Below are positions 9,822 to 16,807 of a stretch of 64,000 bases of DNA, in pieces. The first letter of the stretch is position 1. Each line of letters opens with the position of its first letter. This DNA comes from Candidatus Hydrogenedentota bacterium (GTDB taxonomy: Bacteria; Hydrogenedentota; Hydrogenedentia; Hydrogenedentales; SLHB01), in the NCBI GenBank assembly GCA_963745075.1, contig CAVUWV010000008.1:320001-384000 (forward strand). Reading direction: 5' to 3'. The translations under genes were made by a program, and so were the position numbers. A model generated the notes under the pieces. The model saw only the letters and a program-made list of their open reading frames with translations. It did no database searches and was not told the DNA's origin.

Positions 9822-10691
9822 ATGTTTCGCGGTTCCATTGTCGCGGTAGCGACACCATTCAAAGAAAACTATGAGATCGATTTCGACGCCTACGGCCGTC
9901 TCATCGATTTTCATCTCGAAAACGGCACGGACGGCATTGTGCCCTGCGGATGCACCGGAGAAGCCGCGACCCTTCAGCACAAGGAGCAGGAGCAATGCGT
10001 GCGGTTCACCGTGGAGCGTGTGGCCGGCCGGGTTCCCGTCATCGCGGGTACGGGCTCGAACAGCACGCTCGAAGCCCTGTCCCTGACGAAGTACGCCAAG
10101 GAAGTCGGCGCGGACGGGGCTCTGCTCATCACGCCCTATTACAACAAGCCCACGCCCGCCGGGCAAATTCTCCATTATTCGACCATTGCGAAAGCGGTGG
10201 ACATCCCCATCGTGCTGTACAACGTGCCCGGCCGCACCGGCACCAAGATGCTGCCCGAGACCATCGCCGAATTGTCGAAGGTTCCAAATATCGTCTGCAT
10301 CAAGGAGGCCTGCGGCAGCGTCGATCAAGTCAGTGAAATCCGGAGCCACTGCGACATCACCATCATGTCCGGCGACGACTCCTTGACCCTGCCCATGATG
10401 GCCGTCGGCGCGACCGGCGTAATCTCCGTCGCCGCGAACGTGGCCCCGGCCAAAGTCGCCGCCATGTGCGCTGCCTGGGACAAGGGCGATCTCGCCGAGG
10501 CGCAGCGCCTGCACTACGAACTGCTGCCGCTGTTCAAAGGGCTTTTCCTGGAAACCAACCCCATGCCGGTCAAGGCTGCCCTCGCGAAGATGGGACTCAT
10601 CCAGAACGTCTTGCGCATGCCGCTCACGCCCATGCGCTCAGAAATGTTCGCCAAGCTGGAGCCCATCTTGAAACAGGTCGACGCGATCTGA
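9822..10691 (+). CDS. dapA: 4-hydroxy-tetrahydrodipicolinate synthase
   Basis: GCTGE, TPYYNKP, LYNVPGRT, IKEA, SGDD, ETNPMPVK. Confidence 0.97.
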   Translation: MFRGSIVAVATPFKENYEIDFDAYGRLIDFHLENGTDGIVPCGCTGEAATLQHKEQEQCVRFTVERVAGRVPVIAGTGSNSTLEALSLTKYAKEVGADGALLITPYYNKPTPAGQILHYSTIAKAVDIPIVLYNVPGRTGTKMLPETIAELSKVPNIVCIKEACGSVDQVSEIRSHCDITIMSGDDSLTLPMMAVGATGVISVAANVAPAKVAAMCAAWDKGDLAEAQRLHYELLPLFKGLFLETNPMPVKAALAKMGLIQNVLRMPLTPMRSEMFAKLEPILKQVDAI

Positions 10692-10728
10692 CACGACGTA
10701 GTGAACGCACGCGTGTTCGAATCTTGGA

Positions 10729-10866
10729 TTGCCGTCTAAATAGCCGGTACTGGATTTCGATCAAATCGATCGCGCTTAGATCCGATTCGACTATTAAGAT
10801 CTCGCGTCCGGTCGGCTCGCATTCGGCGAACTGTCTGAGAATGGGTACCGGCTGTTTAGACCGCAA
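10729..10866. repeat. MITE/REPIN-like element with 22-bp terminal inverted repeats
   Basis: TTGCCGTCTAAATAGCCGGTAC (10729-10750) pairs with 10845-10866 with two mismatches. Confidence 0.6.
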
Positions 10867-11020
10867 GAACTGTCGCGACGCACATGAATCGTCAAAAAAC
10901 CAATTCCCCCTTTGAAGGGGGATCAAGGGGGATGTTCTTCGCATTGCCATCGCGGAGCATCCAAGCAGACGTGCGCGGACATTCGATGGCGCTTACTACT
11001 GAGGAATGAGGAGTTTTCCA

Positions 11021-11815
11021 ATGAAGATTTGCATGGCAGGAGCCTGCGGCCGGATGGGACGTCGCATTCTCGAGTTGGCGGTGGCGGAAGGGTTCGAAAT
11101 CGGCGGCGCCTTTGACGTGGCGCAGGCCGCGGGCACGGAACTGATCGTTGGCGGCGAATCCGGGAAGCCGCAAACGGTGAAGGTGTCGAGCGATCCCGCT
11201 GCGGAACTCGCGAAGTCGGATGTCTTGGTCGATTTCACCGTGGCCGACGCGTGCGTCGGTAATGTCAAAGCCGCGGCCGACGCCGGCAAACCTGCCGTCG
11301 TGGGAACGACTGGACTTTCCGATGCACAGAAGGCGGAACTGGAAAGCTGCGCGAAGAAGATCGCCATCGTCCACGCGCCGAACATGAGTGTGGGTGTCAA
11401 TCTCCTCTTCAAACTGACCCATGAAGTCGCGTCCATCCTCGGGCTCGATTACAACGTGGAAATCGTCGAGACCCACCACAATCAGAAGAAGGACAGCCCC
11501 AGCGGCACGGCCGTTCGGCTGGCGGAACGCGCGGCGGAAGCGTTGGGCTTGGACTACGGCGCGAATACCACCCATGGCCGCGAAGGCATGGTCGGCACCC
11601 GTCCGCAGAAGGAGATCGGCATGCACGCCGTCCGCGGCGGCGACGTGGTCGGCGATCACACGGTCTACTTCATCGGCCAGGGCGAACGCATCGAACTGAC
11701 CCACCGCGCCCACAACCGCGACAATTTCGCCCGCGGTTCCCTGCGCGCTGCCCAGTTCGCACTAGAGGCAAAACCGGGCCTCTATGATATGCAAGATGTG
11801 CTCGGCCTTCGCTAA
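11021..11815 (+). CDS. dapB: 4-hydroxy-tetrahydrodipicolinate reductase
   Basis: GACGRMG, VDFT, GTTG, ETHHNQKKDSPSGTA, FARG. Confidence 0.97.
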   Translation: MKICMAGACGRMGRRILELAVAEGFEIGGAFDVAQAAGTELIVGGESGKPQTVKVSSDPAAELAKSDVLVDFTVADACVGNVKAAADAGKPAVVGTTGLSDAQKAELESCAKKIAIVHAPNMSVGVNLLFKLTHEVASILGLDYNVEIVETHHNQKKDSPSGTAVRLAERAAEALGLDYGANTTHGREGMVGTRPQKEIGMHAVRGGDVVGDHTVYFIGQGERIELTHRAHNRDNFARGSLRAAQFALEAKPGLYDMQDVLGLR

Positions 11816-11833
11816 ATCCAATGGGACCAAACC

Positions 11834-11870
11834 CGAAATCCGAAGCACGAAATCCGAAACAAATTCCAAT
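11834..11870. repeat. 7-nt periodic repeat, family C (CGAAATC/CGAAACAAATTC)
   Basis: CGAAATCCGAAGCACGAAATCCGAAACAAATTCCAAT; related copies at 49604, 50016, 52375, 61749 and 61925. Confidence 0.75.
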
Positions 11871-11910
11871 TTTCTAAACGAGAAAACGACGCAAACGGAG
11901 AGCGGCTATC

Positions 11911-11995
11911 TCGTGGCTTGGGCATCTTGCCCAAGGAATTCAGTCGCCTGGCCAGCCGACGTGCAGGGACCTTGGGCAAGATGCCCAAGCCACGA
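11911..11995. repeat. REPIN-like perfect 26-bp inverted repeat, family B
   Basis: TCGTGGCTTGGGCATCTTGCCCAAGG at 11911-11936 and its reverse complement at 11970-11995; variant at 25681-25766. Confidence 0.85.
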
Positions 11996-12005
11996 CTGGC
12001 CGTTA

Positions 12006-13472
12006 TCAAAATCCCTCGAGCCGCATGCGGCCGAAAGTCCTGGCGATTCCTTCTTCGCGCGTGTCGAGGTAATGCGCGAGCACGGCGCACCGGTCGGCGT
12101 CGATGACATGGTCGTTACCTTTCTCGAACAACACCTGTCCGCTGACGCCGATGGAATACGTATGCGACGCGTATTGCGTTTCCCGATCCGACAGTGGCGG
12201 AAACACGATCGACCGGTCCGCCATGTGGCGCTGCAACAACTCCGTCATAAACGTCTTCATCGGCCGCCGGTCCGGGCGTCCGTCCGGCAACGGGTCCAGG
12301 TCCAGTGCGGAACCGAACTCGAAGGCCTTCACCTTTTCGCACCACGCCGCGCCCTGAGCCATGAGGTTATGCGCCACGGCCCGGCCGTTATTTCCGCAAT
12401 CGATACCAATCGCGCGAAAGTCGTACGCGGCGTCGAGTTCCGTGATGATCTCCTGTTGTCGCGCATAATTTACACCCCGCAGGTGAACCCGCAACACGTT
12501 GGCCAGGTGCGGCGGCGCCGAACGAAACACGACAAACTCGGACGGGTCCCGCGCGTAGCCGAGATCGCAGCCCAGGTAATAGTCGCCCGCCGTCACCGAA
12601 CCGGGCACCACAAACGAATCCTCATCTCCTATCGTCACGGACGCGAAGTCCATCCCTTCATCTACACAGGCGAGATAGTTGTCGAGATCGAACACCGCAT
12701 ACGCGGGCGAACCATGCAACCCCAGGACGCGGTGGATGTACCCCGGCGAATCCTTGCCCCCATAAAGCTGGGTGAGTTCCGCGTCCTTTTCCCCGGTGAA
12801 CTCCGGGTTCATCGTGGACGGCCAGTTGTATTGTTCCGCCTTGCGCAATTGCGTCATGCGATAAAACGTGTTCCGTAGCCCGTTGGGAACGCCATAGACC
12901 CAACGCCGTCCTTCACCGTTTAGCGACTGAAACAACTCGCCCCAAGCCGTCTCGGTCATGGCTTGCGCTTCGTCCACGATTTGCCAATCCACGTGAAGCC
13001 CCTGAAAATTCATCCCCTGCGGCCCGGCGATGCGTCCCCACAACACGAACCCGTTGGAAAACCGCAGAAACCACGATGGCGACCGTTTGAACTCGACCAG
13101 ACTCGGCGTGAAGGCGGGCGTGTTCTGAAACCGGCGCACCAGCCGATGCATCAACGGAAATAGGTGGTTTTCGCACTGCGTGGCGATCAGCATTTCCGTG
13201 TCCGGACACGCCACCATGGCCCAAGTGGCGATGATCTCGATCTCGGCCGTCTTGCCCACGTCGCGCCCGTCGCAGTGCACTTTGCGCAGCGCATACGACT
13301 CGAGCGATTCGCGCTGGTACGGACGCGCCTGCCAGGGGCGGCCTTTCGCATCGGTGAGATACGCACGTGCGAACCGCTCGCGCTCGTGCAGGCCCAGCCA
13401 TTGGGCAACGGCGGTTTTTCCGCAGCCTCGATCGGCAAGACGACGAAGAGCGGTTTCAGTGTGAAGTTTCAT
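12006..13472 (-). CDS. Terminase large subunit-like protein (ATPase plus RNase H-like nuclease)
   Basis: Q-motif RPYQ, Walker A GRDVGKT, Walker B WQIVDEAQ, coupling-motif position YGVPNG, WPSTMNP; nuclease acidic motifs LGCDLG, IGIDCG and NDHVIDA. Confidence 0.8.
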   Translation of the reverse strand: MKLHTETALRRLADRGCGKTAVAQWLGLHERERFARAYLTDAKGRPWQARPYQRESLESYALRKVHCDGRDVGKTAEIEIIATWAMVACPDTEMLIATQCENHLFPLMHRLVRRFQNTPAFTPSLVEFKRSPSWFLRFSNGFVLWGRIAGPQGMNFQGLHVDWQIVDEAQAMTETAWGELFQSLNGEGRRWVYGVPNGLRNTFYRMTQLRKAEQYNWPSTMNPEFTGEKDAELTQLYGGKDSPGYIHRVLGLHGSPAYAVFDLDNYLACVDEGMDFASVTIGDEDSFVVPGSVTAGDYYLGCDLGYARDPSEFVVFRSAPPHLANVLRVHLRGVNYARQQEIITELDAAYDFRAIGIDCGNNGRAVAHNLMAQGAAWCEKVKAFEFGSALDLDPLPDGRPDRRPMKTFMTELLQRHMADRSIVFPPLSDRETQYASHTYSIGVSGQVLFEKGNDHVIDADRCAVLAHYLDTREEGIARTFGRMRLEGF

Positions 13473-13508
13473 GAGAGAGGCTCGGGGTTAGGGAGAAGAA
13501 ATCTACAT

Positions 13509-13540
13509 GGGACAACAGAGACAGCAAGGACATCAGAAAC
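13509..13540. repeat. 9-nt periodic repeat, family E (GGGACAACA/GAGACAGCA)
   Basis: 13509-13531 is the exact reverse complement of 37334-37356; an inverted pair also lies at 19833-19961. Confidence 0.75.
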
Positions 13541-13563
13541 ATGATGATGCTGAATCGCAGTCA

Positions 13564-14043
13564 TTACTTACCGTGGCCTGCCGCGCTGCACCTTCCATTG
13601 CCTGCCGCGACGACTTCTTCGACGATGCCCTCGGTCTCTTTCAGCAGAGGGCGCAGGAGATCCGCGATACCGGCCGCACCGGCGTCCGGCGTGCCGCCGA
13701 GGGCATCCTCGAATTCCTTCAAGGCTTTTCGCAGGCGTTCCTGGGCTTTGCCCACCTCCTCGCCGTCGGAAGGCTTACGGTCGTCACCTGGTGGCGGATC
13801 GAGACTCGCCGCCAACGCTTTCAAACCTGCGCGTCGGGCCAACGCATACAAAATGACGATTCCTTCGAGACGCATTACCGCCGACGGCTCTGCTTTTCGC
13901 AACCGCCGCTGATACTCCCGCATTGTGGCCGCGACAACCTCGCTTTCCTCGTCGGTGAGGCGGTCGCGCAGCCATTCGGGGTCGGTCCACCGTGCGGTTA
14001 CGACCTGGAGCGCGCTCTTTCGGGTTCGGGTAGGGTGCGGCAT
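13564..14043 (-). CDS. Helical hypothetical protein, candidate terminase small subunit
   Basis: About 159 aa, charged and predicted alpha-helical, directly upstream of and co-oriented with the terL-like gene. The TerS assignment rests on position and size only. Confidence 0.5.
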   Translation of the reverse strand: MPHPTRTRKSALQVVTARWTDPEWLRDRLTDEESEVVAATMREYQRRLRKAEPSAVMRLEGIVILYALARRAGLKALAASLDPPPGDDRKPSDGEEVGKAQERLRKALKEFEDALGGTPDAGAAGIADLLRPLLKETEGIVEEVVAAGNGRCSAAGHGK

Positions 14044-14139
14044 GGATGAAGTACCTCTACCCTTAGTGCCCAGCGTGTTGCAGTCGGACAATTCGATTTG
14101 GGAGGCGAATAGACAATCGGACTCGGGAACTCCGACCCG

Positions 14140-15990
14140 TCAGGGCGCCGGAACCGACGCCAAATACTCGTCCAGGATGCGCCGAACCTCGAGAATTGCG
14201 AGCGGGTTGTACTGCGCCGAGTGTCCGGATGGTACAATCTTCTCCGACGCGGCGCCGTCCAGATGCGAACTGGAATACGGAACCACCCCGTCGGTCATGG
14301 GTTCGCCTTCTTTTGCGATATTGCCCATGATCGAATGGTAGGTCACGTCCGGCGCGATGGGAATCTTTTCCATGGCCTGGATGATGGGGTTGTCGGGCGA
14401 CAGGTTGTCCACGCTCGTGAGGCGCCGCTTCTTCACATCGCCCTTGAGCGCGTCGGGATTGCGGTCCACGAAGGCAATCGTCTGCGTCAGCAACACCTTG
14501 GGGACGGCGATCAACGCCGACACCAACGTGCCCAATATGCCCTCGCTCAACTCGCTGCCCCGGTGCGGTGTCGAAATGAAGATCACCTGCTTCACGAACG
14601 GCAACGGTTTGAAGAAGAACACGTCCCGGATAAGTTGCTCTTCCTCGGGCGTCGTGTCCAATTCGTCCAGTGGTTTCCGGCTAATCGCGTTCCACAGCGT
14701 ATCGCCGCTGTCCTGCACCATCAGCTGCGCGATGAGTCCGCCCATACTGTGGCCAATGAGCACCATTTCGTCGAAACACGCGTCGTCGTGTTCCGGGTCG
14801 AACCGCTCGCGAATGTCGACCAACGCGTTGCGCAACTGGCTCGCCGGGTATGCGAACGGATACGCCGTCGGATACTGGAAGAACCAGAACTGGTATCGCT
14901 CGCGCAGTTCCGGCTGACCGCGCAAGTCGTTCAGCATCTCGGCCCAGGTCAGCGGACTCGACACGAGCCCGTGGATCATGACCACGGGAATCTTATCCGG
15001 CTGGTAGGGTTCCAGCATGTACAGGCCCGCCTCGTCTTTGACGCGGTCCGCCCGCAGGAACCCGATGTACGCCGTACGTTCGAGTTCCGGGTTCGACAGC
15101 AGGAAGCCCAGCGGCGTCGTGATATCCGACTCGAGCGGTACCGGTTTCTGCTCCACCGGCACCGACTGAATCTGCATGGAATCGAAGAGGTCCAAGGTGG
15201 CGGTCGGTTGGGCCGGTTCGCACGCGGACCCTTCGATTTGCAGGAACGCGGTCGCGGCATAACTCGGCGTATCGGGAAGGTAGCTCCCTTCCGGCGGTTC
15301 GGCACCCACTGCGATCAACGGCACCCCCAGGCCGAAGGTGCGATACCGGTTGCGAATGCCCTCCACCTCATATTCCGACGCAAGTAGGACGCGGGCAATA
15401 TCTTCCTTGGGCAGAAAACCTTTCCGCTCGATCTGTAGGTCCAGATTGCCGTCCCACAGCGGGACCTCGACCCGGCCATCGGACAGCGTGCGGCCCGTCT
15501 GTTGCATCAGGCGAATGCCGCGGGCCAGGGAGAAGTTGTAGAGATCGCAGGCCAGCCGGAACCGCGGGTCGAAGGGATCCGGCGGCGCGCCAAAGCCCTC
15601 GTCGAAAAGGTAGAAATAGGAGTACCGCGCCGCGCTGTAATAGAACCCGAGCGCGTCCTCCGGCGTCTTCTTTTCCGCTCGTTTCCCGTCATAGCAGGCC
15701 AGTTCGGCCAGCCCGAACAAAATTGCGCGGTCACCCGAATCGCAGGCTTCACCGTGCAGCGTGTCCAGGGTCCCGCGCGGGTCCTTCTGATAGGTTTCCT
15801 GAAGGTCGTAAGTCCGCAGCAATTGCTGCGTGTGGATGCTCAACCCGTCCGAACTCAGCGCGTTCCCCTGTAACTTTCGGAAGGACACGTCCGTGGAGAC
15901 GGGCTTCAACGACACCCCGGCAAAACACCCCGACCCTAGCATCACCGCCAGGACAACGCACCAGCGCGCTATTGGGCACAGTTTCTTCAT
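14140..15990 (-). CDS. Alpha/beta-hydrolase lipoprotein (lipase/esterase-like)
   Basis: Lipobox-like MLGSGC; IHGL, GHSMGG nucleophile elbow, STPHRGS, DGVVPY, late His. Confidence 0.85.
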   Translation of the reverse strand: MKKLCPIARWCVVLAVMLGSGCFAGVSLKPVSTDVSFRKLQGNALSSDGLSIHTQQLLRTYDLQETYQKDPRGTLDTLHGEACDSGDRAILFGLAELACYDGKRAEKKTPEDALGFYYSAARYSYFYLFDEGFGAPPDPFDPRFRLACDLYNFSLARGIRLMQQTGRTLSDGRVEVPLWDGNLDLQIERKGFLPKEDIARVLLASEYEVEGIRNRYRTFGLGVPLIAVGAEPPEGSYLPDTPSYAATAFLQIEGSACEPAQPTATLDLFDSMQIQSVPVEQKPVPLESDITTPLGFLLSNPELERTAYIGFLRADRVKDEAGLYMLEPYQPDKIPVVMIHGLVSSPLTWAEMLNDLRGQPELRERYQFWFFQYPTAYPFAYPASQLRNALVDIRERFDPEHDDACFDEMVLIGHSMGGLIAQLMVQDSGDTLWNAISRKPLDELDTTPEEEQLIRDVFFFKPLPFVKQVIFISTPHRGSELSEGILGTLVSALIAVPKVLLTQTIAFVDRNPDALKGDVKKRRLTSVDNLSPDNPIIQAMEKIPIAPDVTYHSIMGNIAKEGEPMTDGVVPYSSSHLDGAASEKIVPSGHSAQYNPLAILEVRRILDEYLASVPAP

Positions 15991-16133
15991 GGGATCGTGG
16001 TACTCCGACGCGGTCCGTGCACGATAAACGAAATCTAGGCGATTGTCCAGGTCGGTGCGAACGAACGTCACGTTTGTATGTATCGTGGAAAGGGGGTATC
16101 CTCCGCGTTAATATGGCCTAAAGGACACTTGCT

Positions 16134-16793
16134 ATGCTCAGTGCGACGCTTATGTACCGCTTGCGGACCGCGCTCGAGTTCTACCAGATGTCGATCCGTA
16201 TCCGCGAAATCGACGGCTGGCTCGACGACATGCAAGGGTATGTGCTGGCCCTGATGGCGGAGCAGGGTCCCGGCGTCGGCGCTATCGTCGAAATCGGCAG
16301 TTTCAAAGGCCGGTCCACCTGCTGGCTCGCGTACGGCGCGAAATCGGCTGGGCGCGAAACCGTCACCGCGATTGATCCGTTCACCGGTTCTCCGGAACAC
16401 CAACCCGGCGAAGAATTGAGCGACCCCGACCTCGCGGAATCGGGGTCGACCTTTCCGGTCTTCGAAAAAAACCTCCGCAAGATGGCTCTCGACGACTACG
16501 TGAAGCCGATAGTGGCCACGTCCGCCGACGCCGCAAAGGATTGGGACCAGCCCATCCGCCTCCTCTTCATCGACGGCGATCACTCCTACGAGGGGTCCAA
16601 GCTGGATTTTGAAGTCTGGTCACCCCACGTCGTTCCCGGCGGCCTTATCGCGCTGCACGACGTTGGCCATTGGGACGGCGTCACCCGCTTCTACCAGGAA
16701 CTCCTCGCCGAGACCACCGAGTACGAACAGGTCCTGGAACTTTTCGGCCTGGTCGTTCTTGAAAAGAAGACCGCACACCTGGCAACGCCATAA
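16134..16793 (+). CDS. Class I SAM-dependent methyltransferase (Methyltransf_24-like)
   Basis: IVEIGSFKGRS, LLFIDGDHSYE, GGLIALHD. Confidence 0.9.
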   Translation: MLSATLMYRLRTALEFYQMSIRIREIDGWLDDMQGYVLALMAEQGPGVGAIVEIGSFKGRSTCWLAYGAKSAGRETVTAIDPFTGSPEHQPGEELSDPDLAESGSTFPVFEKNLRKMALDDYVKPIVATSADAAKDWDQPIRLLFIDGDHSYEGSKLDFEVWSPHVVPGGLIALHDVGHWDGVTRFYQELLAETTEYEQVLELFGLVVLEKKTAHLATP

Positions 16794-16807
16794 GCCTATT
16801 CGCCTTG

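Noticed and set aside
13410..13435. Second Walker A (GCGKT) at the terminase N-terminus
   Set aside because: No preceding hydrophobic beta-strand and no G-x4-GKT spacing; the functional P-loop is GRDVGKT.
11820..14140. Prophage or phage satellite around the terminase
   Set aside because: No integrase, att repeats, portal, capsid, primase or regulator visible; flanking genes are cellular.
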